Positions 22,957-35,106 of a DNA stretch of 64,000 nucleotides are shown here, one piece after another. The translations under genes and the position numbers were made by a program. The stretch is from an uncultured Alphaproteobacteria bacterium (GTDB lineage: Bacteria > Pseudomonadota > Alphaproteobacteria > Rhizobiales > Xanthobacteraceae). The stretch's first letter is position 1; each line of letters begins with the position of its first letter. The DNA is taken from the NCBI GenBank assembly GCA_963802475.1, contig CAWDIZ010000013.1:3607-67606 (forward strand), written 5' to 3'. A model generated the notes under the pieces. It was given only the letters and a program-made list of their open reading frames with translations, searched no databases and had not been told where the DNA came from.

Positions 22957-23070
22957 CGCGCGCGATCAGCAAAAAGTGGGTACCGGTTTTGCGCGGGATC
23001 GCGCGCAACTTATAACATGGCGCATGGTCTTATCGGCGAACCGGTTTCCACTTCGCCGGATCATGCGCGC
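22957..23070. repeat. composite double-hairpin intergenic repeat, copy 1 of 3
   Basis: GCGCGATCAGCAAAAAGTGGGTACCGGTTTTGCG..spacer..GCGCATGGTCTTATCGGCGAACCGGTTTCCACTTCGCCGGATCATGCGC. It is nearly identical to 59375-59487 and lies inverted relative to 38781-38927. It sits in the divergent murJ/adenosine-kinase promoter region. Confidence 0.85.
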
Positions 23071-23173
23071 GGGGTTTTAAGCACGCCGACGCACACACGT
23101 CACGCCTCCGAATTGTCGCGCTTGCCGGAGAACGCTCGCCCGCTATAGTGCGGATTCCTCACGTGAGCTTCGC

Positions 23174-24176
23174 ATGGCCAATCCGCATATCGATGTTCTG
23201 GGAATCGGCAACGCCATCGTCGATGTCATCGCGCGCGCCGACGACGATTTCCTTGTCCAGCACCAGATGACGAAAGGCGCGATGACGCTGATCGATGAGG
23301 CGCGCGCCGAAGCGGTTTATGACGCGATGGGACCGGCGGTGGAAATTTCCGGGGGCTCGGCGGCGAATACCACGGTTGGCCTGGCGAGCTTCGGCGGACG
23401 CGCCGCTTTTGTCGGCAAGGTCAAGAATGACACGCTCGGCCACACTTTCATTCACGACATCCGTGCGGCCGGCGTCGCCTTCGATACCGCCCCGGCATCC
23501 GACGGGCCTTCGACCGCGCGCTGCTATATCCTGGTGACGCCGGACGGCCAGCGCACGATGAACACCTATCTCGGCGCGGCGCAGGACCTGCACCCGAACG
23601 ATATCGATACCAACAAGGTGGCTTCCGCCGCGGTGACCTATCTGGAAGGCTATCTGTGGGACCCGAAGAACGCCAAGAAGGCATTCCTGAAAGCGGCGGC
23701 CGCTGCGCATGATGCCAAGCGTCTGGTCGCGCTCACGCTGTCGGATGCTTTTTGCGTGGACCGCTGGCGCGAAGAATTCCTCGGCCTGATCCGCGACGGC
23801 ACGGTGGATCTGATCTTCGCCAACGAAGCCGAGCTGAAGTCGCTGTATCAGACGGCCGATTTTGGCGCCGCCGTAACAGCCCTGAAGCAGGATGCCAGGC
23901 TTGCAGTGGTGACACGCAGCGAAAAAGGCTGCGTGATCGTCAACCGTAAAGGCAGCGAAGTCGTGCGTGCCTTCCCGGTCGAGCGCCTGGTGGATACAAC
24001 CGGCGCCGGCGATTTATTCGCCTCGGGTTTCCTGTTCGGCCTGGCGCGCGGGAAGGATCCGGTAAGCGCTGCGCGGCTCGGGGCCTTGGCGGCGGCGGAA
24101 GTGATCCAGCATATCGGCGCCCGCCCGCAAACCCCGCTTAAAGACGCTCGCCGCCGAGAACGGTCTCGCGCTCTAG
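23174..24176 (+). pseudogene. adenosine kinase (PfkB family); one +1 frame break about 30 nt before the stop as read
   Basis: ORF 23174..24502 (VLGIGNAIVDVI..GGSAANT..VDTTGAGDLFASGFLFG). After IQHIGARPQTPLK the as-read frame runs on. The shifted frame gives TLAAENGLAL* ending at 24176. Length 1003 nt = 3n+1. Confidence 0.85.
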
Positions 24177-24272
24177 GTTCACGATTTTCGGAAGCGGGGC
24201 GCCGGGACGGTAACCAATTGGTAACCGGCCATGGTTACCAATTGGTGAACCACCTAACCCGGGGATTCTCTC

Positions 24273-25050
24273 ATGAGCGACCAGACGGCAGCCGAATCCG
24301 CTGCAGCAAGCGCGGAAGCCAAGGCGGAACCCGCGGCAGCAGCCCAAGACCATCGATGCGAAAGCCATGCCGCAGGATCGTTCCAGCAAGGACGATAGCA
24401 TCCGCAGCTTTCCTGCCCGCGATCTACAAGCCGATCGGCTGCAATACCGTTTCACCCTGCTCGCCGCCTCGGTCGCCTTCGCCGCAGCCTTCGGCGGACT
24501 GATCGGCTCGGTCAGCACTTATAGCCTGGCCGGCGGCGCGAAGAGCCGATCCGGCGGAGTCCGACCGCCAAATTGCAAGCCGCGCTCACGCAGGTGACCA
24601 AGGACGTCGCCGCGCTGAAAACCAGCGTTGACGCTTCCAGCCGCGCCGCCGCAACGCAAATGTCGAAAATCAACGAGCGCTTCGACCGCGCCGAGCGCGC
24701 CCAGGCGGAGCCAGCGGCGAAGATCGCCGCTCTGACGGAAACCGTCACCCGGCTTGAAAAGCGCATCACGGCTAACGCCGAGGCTGCTGCGCGTGACATC
24801 ACCGGCTCGGTACCTGACCGCACGGCGAACAACGGCGGCGGTGAAGGATCAATCGAAGCCGGTCATCGTCGAGGGCTGGGTCTTGCGCGATATCTATCGC
24901 GGGCGCGCGCTGGTGGAAAACCACAACGGCCTCTACGAGGTGGGGCCCGGCGGCAATCTGCCCGGCATCGGCAAGGTGGAAACCATCACGCAGCAAAACG
25001 GCCGCTGGGTGGTGGTCACGCCTAAAGGTTTGATCGTCTCGATGCGTTGA
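24273..25050 (+). pseudogene. conserved hypothetical membrane-anchored coiled-coil protein; three frame breaks as read
   Basis: Pieces: start frame at 24273 (MSDQTAAESAAASAEAKAEPAAAAQ); 24367..24597 (TM segment FTLLAASVAFAAAFGGLIGSV); 24573..25025 (coiled coil ALTQVTKDVAALKTSVD..RFDRAERAQAEPAAKIAALTETVTRLEKRI); 24754..25050 (C-terminal PVIVEGWVLRDIYRGRALVENHNGLYEVGPGGNLPGIGKVETITQQNGRWVVVTPKGLIV). Confidence 0.55.
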
Positions 25051-25076
25051 CCCACAGCATCGAGCTCGATCAATAA

Positions 25077-25104
25077 AACGGCGCCCTCGGGCGCCGTTCT
25101 TTTT
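25077..25104 (+). terminator. rho-independent terminator
   Basis: AACGGCGCCC-tcg-GGCGCCGTT followed by CTTTTT, 27 nt after the stop at 25050. Confidence 0.75.
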
Positions 25105-25173
25105 GGATCATGCCCAACCTTGGCCCGGCCCGCGATTTCATGGCAGCATCGCCGCGAAACCGGCACGCGGACC

Positions 25174-26009
25174 ATGCTCTTTCGTCGTCACAGCCCTTTG
25201 CTTGCAGCGGTATTTGCAGCCGCGCTCGTTTCTTCCGTTAGCGGGCCAGGCGCAAACAGCCAAGCCGGAAATGCGCGAAAGCTGTCCGGGCCTGGTGGCT
25301 TCGCATGCGCCGCGCGCCACCCCTGCCTCGCTCCGGCTGGCGGCGCTTGCCGCCGACCAGGTGCGCATCAGCTATGCCGGTCATTCCACTTTCCTGATCG
25401 AGAGCCCGCAGTCGGTGCGCATCGCCACCGATTACAACGACTATGTGCGGGTGCCGCTGTTGCCCACCATCGCGACGATGAACCGCGCGCATGACACGCA
25501 TTTCAGCGAATATCCGAACCCCGCGATCCCGCATGTGCTGCGCGGCTGGGCGCCGGCCGGCACGCCTGCGCGCCACGACCTGCAGGTGCAGGACGTGCGC
25601 GTGCGAAATGTGCCGACCAATATCCGCGATTACTCCGGCGGCACTGAACGGCACGGCAATTCGATTTTTATCTTCGAGGTGGGCAGCCTCTGCGTCGCCC
25701 ATCTCGGCCATCTGCATCACACCCTGAACCAGCAGCAGCTCGACGAAATGGGCCGGATCGATGTTGTGCTGGTGCCGGTGGACGGGAGCTTCACACTCGA
25801 CCTAGAGGGCATGATGGAGGTGCTGCAGGCGCTGAAGGCGCCGCTGATGATCCCGATGCACTATTTCAGCCTCTATACTCTGCAGCGCTTCATCGAGCGG
25901 GCGCGCGGCCAGTCCTGGGAGGTCGAATGGGCCGCCGAGCCTTCCGTCATCGTGTCGCGCGCGACGCTTGCCTTCCACGCCGAAAATCCTGGTGCTGCCC
26001 GGCCGGTAG
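25174..26009 (+). pseudogene. secreted MBL-fold hydrolase-like protein; two +1 frame breaks as read
   Basis: Signal peptide MLFRRHSPLLAAVFAAALVSSVS is in the ORF 25120..25494 frame. The body is in ORF 25103..26152 (VRISYAGHSTFLIESPQSVRIATDYN..VLVPVDGSFTLDLEGMMEVLQALKAPLMIPMHY). The likely tail LPSTPKILVLPGR* in the third frame ends at 26009. Confidence 0.6.
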
Positions 26010-26206
26010 ACGGAATTCGGCAGCGGAACGGGCCTCGCGGGCATGTTCACATCCGCGTGATTGCCGTGCTGGAACGAAAACGAGCTGCACGGCATTGTGG
26101 CTTACCGTTAGACGGTGCGAGCGGGGCAGGTATCCCAAATTCCTATAGGTAAGTTTTTGCCGCCGGGACAGTGGTGCGCGCCCGAAAAATCAGTGTCGAG
26201 GAAAAG

Positions 26207-26579
26207 ATGATTGGTAATTGGTCAAATTGGAAGAAATTTCCGAACGCGGAGCGCGGCGAGCATGTCGAAGCGCCAATCGGGCCTGGAATTTACGAAGTCC
26301 GCAACATGTCGACCGGCGATCTGGCCGCCTTCGATGCCTCCGGCAATGTCGCGAACGCGCTGTCGGCGCTGCTGCGCAAGCCGTCGTCCCGCCCCTGGGC
26401 CAAGCTGTTCGGCGGCGACCGCGCTGCCTGGCGGGGCCACATCTGGAATATCGCACCTGTCCGGCTTCCTCGATGAGCGAGGCCAAGATGATGGTGCAGG
26501 CACTGCTCGGCCGCCGGCAGGTCTATTGGCGCCGCAACGCGCCGGGCAGGCCCGCCCGAACTTGGCGGGGTCGATCTGA
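26207..26579 (+). pseudogene. hypothetical protein with a GIY-type N-terminal pattern; at least one frame break, 3' end uncertain
   Basis: ORF 26171..26476 (MIGNWSNWKKFPNAERGEHVEAPIGPGIYEVRNMSTGDLAAFDASGNVANALSALL) continues sensibly in ORF 26218..26685 (LEYRTCPASSMSEAKMMVQALLGRRQVYWRR). A GAGGA lies 4 nt upstream of the ATG. Confidence 0.35.
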
Positions 26580-26620
26580 GTTGAGGTCAGGAGGGTGGCC
26601 GCCGAAGGAGCGAAGTCGCC

Positions 26621-26791
26621 ATGCTGAAATGGGCCGCCATCTTCCTGATCATCGCGCTTGTTGCCGCGCTGTTCGGCTTCACTGACATCGCCAGCGCCTC
26701 GGCGGGCATAGCCAAGATCCTGTTCGCGATCTTCCTGGTGCTGTTCCTGGGCGCCGTTTGTGCATCGGCCTGGTGGTTGGAAAACGCCTGA
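26621..26791 (+). CDS. UPF0391/DUF1328 small membrane protein (56 aa)
   Basis: Below the ORF-track size cutoff. AAGGAG lies 10 nt upstream of ATG 26621. The product [46 protein letters not shown].. has the characteristic GF(T)..A.GIAK..F..FLV pattern. Confidence 0.75.
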   Translation: MLKWAAIFLIIALVAALFGFTDIASASAGIAKILFAIFLVLFLGAVCASAWWLENA

Positions 26792-26813
26792 CCGCGCTGA
26801 CGCGGAGTTCGAG

Positions 26814-29246
<2,433 letters not shown>

Positions 29247-29514
29247 CAACAATGCTTTCGAATCATTCGCAAAATCGCGCTCGAATCACCGTTTGGTGTG
29301 CCACGAAACAGCGACGCCGTACAGGGCAAAGTAGTGCCTATTAAGTGGTTGTTACGGCACGGATTTTTCAAGCCAGAACAGGGCCCGAAATCAGGGGCGA
29401 AAAAAACTGATTCGCGCGCGGGATTTTGCTCTTTGCGGAAGCTATTCTCCGAGGCCTCGAACCGCGATTCTAGGTGTGGTTTTTCGTGTCACCGCCGGTC
29501 TTGCGCGCCGCTGC

Positions 29515-29694
29515 TCAGGCGGAGAGGCGATAGCGCCGGCTGGCATCATAGTCGGGGATGGGCCGCGAAAAGCTTTCGAGCGCGCTGGCCCACAGTTCGA
29601 CTCGGTCGATATCTTCGCGCAAGCGCGCGAGCGACTCTTGCAGACGTTCCGAAATTTTGTACCCCTCCGGCAAAGCCGGTCGCCATGTTCTCAT
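29515..29694 (-). CDS. small hypothetical protein (~59 aa) between recF and gyrB; start uncertain
   Basis: This is the tail of the as-read ORF 29515..30717: MRTWRPALPEGYKISERLQESLARLREDIDRVELWASALESFSRPIPDYDASRRYRLSA*. It is helical, has coding-like codon use, and lies immediately downstream of the tandem palindromes. An ATG with a better-spaced GGAGA (MATGFAGG) is in the +1 frame, so an indel near the start is possible. Confidence 0.4.
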   Translation of the reverse strand: MRTWRPALPEGYKISERLQESLARLREDIDRVELWASALESFSRPIPDYDASRRYRLSA

Positions 29695-29698
29695 CTCC

Positions 29699-29759
29699 AA
29701 TGAACAAGACATACAGGCTGTAAGAGGTGAATGAACAGACATACAGGCTGTAAGACGTA
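29699..29759. repeat. tandem direct repeat (31 + 30 bp), each unit carrying the palindrome TACAGGCTGTA
   Basis: AATGAACAAGACATACAGGCTGTAAGAGGTG / AATGAACAGACATACAGGCTGTAAGACGTA. It is also visible in the ORF track as the duplicated peptide LTACMS..LTACMS. Confidence 0.9.
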
Positions 29760-29822
29760 AAGCCCTGCCGGACGCGAATGTTCCCTTTCTGACGGAGATA
29801 AAAACACAGCCAGCGCAATGAC

Positions 29823-30967
29823 TTAGGCCGGAACGCCGGCTAATTTGCCCGGATGTGATCTCGAATATCTGCGCGCGCGGCGCGATTTCGGCGAAGGCCA
29901 CGGGATCCGCTCCGGTCATCCATACTTGCGAGCCGAGACGGGAAAGCGCGTCATAGAGCGCGTTGCGTCGGCTCGGGTCGAGATGCGCGACGACTTCGTC
30001 AAGCAGCAATACGGGCGCAAAGCCCGTCATCTCGCCGACCAGCCCCGCATGCGCGAGCACAAGGCCGATCAGCAGCGCCTTCTGCTCACCGGTTGAGGCA
30101 TCGGCGGCGGGAATATTCTTGCCCGCATAGGAAACCGCGAGATCGGTCAGATGCGGCCCATCAAGGGTGCGGCCAGCCTGCGCGTCGCGCGCGCGGTTTT
30201 CTTTCAGCTGCCTGCGATAGCGATCCTCCACCTCTACCGCGGGCTGGTCCACCAATGCCTGCTCCATCCAGCCATGCAACGCGATCTCGGCCGCCGGGAA
30301 ATCCGTCTGGGAAAGTGCTGCGTTCTGCCAGCGCGCCCTGCAACCGGCGCACCGTTTCTGCGCGCAATGCGGCGACGGCGACGGCAAGCTCGGCGGTCTC
30401 ATGCTCGACCGCGTCAAGCCAATGCAGATCCGGGCGTGGGTTTTCCAGCAGGCGGTTGCGCGAACGCAGACTGCGCTCCAGCGCCGAGACGCGGCTGGAA
30501 TGCTGGGCGTCCACTGCCAGCACCAGGCGATCGAGAAAGCGGCGGCGTTCGGAGGCGGGTTCGTTAAATAGCCGATCCATGGCCGGCGTGAGCCAGATGA
30601 CCCGGATATGGTCGGCGAAGGCCGCCACCGAAGCGACCGGCTCACGGTCGATCCGGCACATGCGCTGCGGCGGGGCATCTTCGACGGCGGGCGCGATGCC
30701 GGTGCCAAGCGTGGCAAGGCCGAGCGCGCCTTCGACCTCGGCGGCGACCGCCCAGGAGCCGTCGCCTTCGCTGAAGGCCACCTCTTCCAGCGTGGCGCGC
30801 CGCAAACCGCGGCCGGGCGTCAGAAAGGAAATCGCCTCGATCAGATTGGTCTTGCCGGCGCCATTGGCGCCCACCAACACGATCGGCTCCGCGCCGAGTT
30901 CGATGGACGCCGCGCGATAACTGCGGAAGTTGGTCAGCGCGAGACGGCGGATGCGGGCGGAATCCAT
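29823..30967 (-). pseudogene. recF: DNA replication/repair protein RecF; one internal +1 frame break, and the natural stop is lost as read (3' end approximate)
   Basis: N-terminal half is in the ORF 30161..31972 frame from ATG 30967 (MDSARIRRLALTNFRSYRAASIELGAEPIVLVGANGAGKTNLIEAISFL, Walker A). C-terminal half is in ORF 29515..30717 (STGEQKALLIGLVLAHAGL..VLLLDEVVAHLD..QVWMTGAD). After FEITSGQIS the frame runs on to 29515, while both other frames stop at 29823 or 29840. Confidence 0.85.
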
Positions 30968-31023
30968 GCCGCAGTGATAAGCGTCACCGTAGCCCACCCT
31001 CTCCCCAATGTGGGAGTAAGAGA

Positions 31024-32144
31024 CTACACCCGCATCGGCATCAGCACGTAAAGCGCGCCCGCGGAATCGCGGTCCTGGATCAGCGTGGGCGAGCCGGCGT
31101 CGGCGAGCTTGAGCACGGCGACCTCGCCCTCGATCTGCGCCGCGATGTCGAGCAGATAGCGGGAGTTGAATCCGATATCGATCGGATCGGCGCCGTATTC
31201 GATCTCGAGTTCTTCGGTGGCGCTGCCGGAATCCGGATTGGTCACCGACAGCAACAGCCGCCCGGAGCTGATGGACAGCTTCACCGCCCGGCCGCGCTCG
31301 CTCGAGACGGTGGAGACACGGTCGACCGAGGCCTCGAAATCTTTCTTGTCGACGATCAGCTCCTTGTCGTTGCCGACGGGAATGACGCGCGCATAGTCGG
31401 GAAAAGTGCCGTCGATCAGTTTCGAGGTCAGCACCACATCGCCGATGGAGAAGCGGATTTTGCCCTGCGACAGCTCGACGCGCGACTTCGGCTTCGGCAT
31501 CGTCGATCAGCCGCTGCACCTCACCCACGGTTTTGCGCGGCACGATGATGCCCGGCATGCCGGAAGCGCCGGACGGCAACGGCAGCTCGACCTGCGCGAG
31601 CCGATGGCCGTCGGTCGCCACCGCGCGCAGCATCGTCGATTTTCCATTGCCCGCGGTGTGCAGATAGATGCCGTTGAGATAGTAGCGCGTCTCCTCGGTG
31701 GAGATCGCGAACTGCGTCTTGTCGATCAGGCGCTTCAGATCGGCCGCCGCAAGCGTGAATTTGTGCGTCATCTCGCCGGCGGCGAGATCCGGGAAGTCGC
31801 TTTCCGGCAAAGTCTGCAAGCGTGAAGCGCGAACGCCCGGCGCGGATGGCGAGCATCGCGCGATCGCCGGAGGCTTCCAGCACGATCTGCGATCCCTCCG
31901 GCAGCTTGCGCACGATCTCGTAGAACATATGCGCCGGCACCGTCGTGGAGCCAGCCGGCGAAACCTCCGCATCCACGGCGTCGATCACTTCGAGGTCGAG
32001 ATCGGTGGCTTTCAGGCTGAGCTTGGATTTTTCCGCGCGGATCAGCACATTGGCGAGAATGGGGATGGTATTGCGGCGCTCCACCACGCGGTGAACGCGC
32101 CCCAGTGACTTCAACAATGCCGTACGCTCGACGGTAACCTTCAT
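31024..32144 (-). pseudogene. dnaN: DNA polymerase III beta sliding clamp; two +1 frame breaks as read
   Basis: Pieces: 31521..32144 (MKVTVERTALLKSLGRVHRVVERRNTIPILANVLIRAEKSKLSLKATDLDLE); the ORF 30161..31972 frame (FTLAAADLKRLIDKTQFAISTEETRYYLNGIYLH..ATDGHRLA); 31024..31500 (IDGTFPDYARVIP..IGFNSRYLLDIAAQIEG..YVLMPMRV). Frames step 0>2>1. Confidence 0.95.
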
Positions 32145-32349
32145 CTCGCAGCCCGCCCGATCAGGATGGAAATCAGCCCTCGAACCGCGAAGACGGCGGA
32201 CACCGGCGACAGCGGCAGTCCCCGCCTTGCGGGGGAAGCAAAGGTGACGCGCCCCGCCGGAATAGGCAAGGGCGGAGACGCGAGCCTCCGCCCTTTTCCC
32301 AGCGATTCAATGCCGTACAGTTCCCTCGCCAAGCCGCGAGGCGCGAGGC

Positions 32350-33788
32350 TCAGTCTTGCAGCTGCCGCTTCAGGACCTCGATCTCCTCCGCCAGCGTGGT
32401 GTCGTTGCCCACGAGGTTCTCGATCTTGCGGACCGCGTGCAGCACGGTCGTATGATCGCGCCCGCCGAAGCGCCGCCCGATCTCCGGCAAGGAGCGCAGC
32501 GTCAGCGTCTTGGCGAGGTACATCGCCACTTGGCGCGGGCGCACAACATTGGCCGTGCGGCGGGACGACAACAGATCGGCGCGGCTGACGTTGTACTGAC
32601 GCGCCACCACGCGCTGGATGTCCTCGATCTTGACCCGCTTCGGCTCCTGCGGGCGGATCAGATCGCGCATCTCCCGCTCGGCGAGTTCGAGCGTAACCGG
32701 CTGTCCGGTGAGCTTGCTATGGGCGAGCAGGCGGTTGAGCGCGCCTTCGAGATCGCGGCCGTTATGGGTGATGGTCTTGGCGATATAGGCGAGCACCGGC
32801 GGCGGCACGTCGAAACCCGGGATGATGCAGCTTGGCCGCCTCCATGCGGGATTTCAGGATTTCCAGCCGCAGCTCTTCGCCGAGCGAGGACATTTCCACC
32901 ACCAAGCCGCCGGCCAGCCGCGAGCGCACCCGGTCGTCAAGGCTTTCCAGATCGGACGGCGGGCGGTCGGAGGCGATCACCACCTGGCGGCCGGCATCGA
33001 TCAGCGCGTTGAGCGTGTGGCAGAATTCGGCCTGGGTGTTCTTGCCTTGCAGGAATTGCAGGTCGTCGATCACCAGCACGTCGATCCCGCGCAGCACTTC
33101 CTTGAAGGCGATCGCCGTCTGGCTGCGCAGCGCGGAGACGAAGCCGTACATGAACTTCTCTGCCGTCAGATAGAGCACCTTGTGCTCGCCGGCGGCATTG
33201 CCCGCCCAGGTGATGGACTGCAGCAGATGGGTTTTTCCGAGCCCGACACCGGAATGGATGTAGAGCGGGTTGAACATCACCGGATCGCCGCGGCGGGCGC
33301 GCGGCCACCTGCTTGGCGGCGGCATGCGCCAGCGCGTTGGAACGGCCGAGCACGAAGGTCTCGAAAGTCAGACGCGGGTCGAGCGGCGAGCCGCCTAATG
33401 CTTCATGCGCAGCGGACAAGGGCGAGGAGATCGCGCGCGGCTCGCCGCCGTTAAGGCGCACCGCATGGCCGTTATGGTGCGCACGCGCCGGCTGCACGGG
33501 CGCGGGCTTCTGCGCCAGCGATCGCAATACGCCGGAGCGCACGCTCAGCTCGATGCGGCCGACGGTGGCCTGCTCGGCCTGCCAGCAGGCAAGGACGCGC
33601 TCGGAGTAATGCGACTGGATCCAGCTCTTGAGGAAGCGCGTCGGGACCGAGAGCCGCACCGTGGATTCGTCGAGGCCCTCAAGGTCCATCCGCGCGAACC
33701 AGCTTGAATAGATATCGTCACCGACTTCAGCACGCAGCCTGCCCTTTACGCGCGACCAGCTTTCTTGTTCTGGGGTGATCATATCCAT
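32350..33788 (-). pseudogene. dnaA: chromosomal replication initiator DnaA; two +1 frame breaks as read
   Basis: Pieces: 32937..33869 (from [52 protein letters not shown]); 32762..33325 ([36 protein letters not shown]+ motifs); 32350..32808 ([39 protein letters not shown]-binding domain). Frames step 0>2>1. Confidence 0.95.
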
Positions 33789-34779
33789 GGTCGATTGTTC
33801 CGATCCGAAGGTGATGAGATTCGCAAGTGGCTGGCGCTCGCCGTGCCATTGAACGCACGCAACACTCATTTGAGAGACGATGGCTGGTTGGCTTTGCGGT
33901 CAAAGGCCGACAGCCGAACGGAACGGCGATTGAGAAGTTGCGGCTCAGCCGCCGGGCGGGGGCATGGGCCCCTGGGATCCGATCACTTGGGACCGGCACC
34001 CGGTCCACGGCGGTTCGCGGCGCGTCGGATCGCGTCCAATCGGTGACGTGGCGCACGGCGAGACCGTTGGATCTGCAAGTGCATTCCTTGTTAGCGGCAT
34101 AGATTCCCCCTTCCACCGCATAAGCCGCGATGGTCCTGACTTTTTTCAACGTTGCTTTTTTCAAGCCCCCAAAACATTCGCGCCGCCTACGCATTACTCA
34201 GTTCGGCGTCACGATCTCAGCCAGGTTTCACTCCCTGCGAGATCCTCGACAATGAATCCACGCTGAAGAAATTCAGACGCAGTTCTGCCGATCTCATTCT
34301 CGATGAGCTCGAGTGTGACCCTTTTACTGAGGACTCTCGGAGATCCCGAGAGACAGTTAAAAAATACACACACCGCATGCGGCCTGCAACGAATTTCGCG
34401 ACGATGCCATCTTGCGCAAGGCGGCGAAGCGGCCCGCATTTGTCTCGCTTGCGTCCCTATGGGCTGGCCGGCAACACGTTGAATCGGCGCGGTGATTCTT
34501 TTCGGTCCTGCGATCAGTTGCGCAGCGCGCATTGCGTGTGTCGAATTTTTTTATGCGCGACCCGCGAAAGCCTAGGCTGCGTGGGTTTTTTCAACTCCTC
34601 GCTGCCACATTCCTGTTAAGAGCTTGTGAGCGCGGTCATTTTTTTGACCAAAAAATCCAACTAGCCGGCAAGGAGCAAACAGATCGCCGCGCAGGGATCG
34701 CTGTTGGCGCGCGGCATATACGATCGCGCTGGACCGCGCGCGACATTCGTGCGCAGATACGCGGAGTTAGCGGGCGCAT

Positions 34780-34811
34780 AAAAAAAATTGGCCCGCGCAA
34801 AGGCGGGCCAA
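34780..34811 (-). terminator. rho-independent terminator of rpsT
   Basis: Minus strand reads TTGGCCCGC-ctttgc-GCGGGCCAA followed by TTTTTTTT, about 30 nt after the inferred rpsT stop. Confidence 0.8.
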
Positions 34812-34838
34812 TCGGAAAGGCAGCCGGGTCAGGAAAAG

Positions 34839-35106
34839 CTATTTTCGCGAGCTTGGCGATCTGATGCGTGAGGCGCGAAACCTTGCGGCTGGCGGTACTC
34901 TTATGCATTACGCCGTTCTGAGCAGCCCGCATCAGCGCGGGCTCGGCCGCCTTCAGCGCCGTTTGCGCCGCCGTAGCATCGCCGGAAGCGATCGCTTCCT
35001 CGACATCGCGGACGGCGCTGCGCATGCGCGAGCGACGCGCCTTGTTGATGATGGTCCGCCGCGCAATCTTCCGGGTCGCCTTCTTGGCGGACTTGGTATT
35101 AGCCAT
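34839..35106 (-). pseudogene. rpsT: 30S ribosomal protein S20; stop lost through one extra A in an A-run as read
   Basis: [58 protein letters not shown] is 88 aa of S20. The DNA reads GCGAAAATAGC; with AAA instead of AAAA the TAG is in frame. As read, the ORF runs on to 34636, across its own terminator. Confidence 0.88.

Noticed and set aside
26071-26096. Second EcfG-type promoter (GGAAC-N17-CATT) upstream of the 26207 hypothetical gene
   Set aside because: The -10 element deviates from CGTT at its most conserved position. It lies about 110 nt from the start codon. It is too weak to call from sequence alone.
33789-34838. oriC immediately upstream of dnaA
   Set aside because: No DnaA box better than 6 of 9 matches was found by eye on either strand. 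In well-studied alphaproteobacteria, the origin is near hemE rather than dnaA. I kept the region as a finding only for its unusual length and composition.
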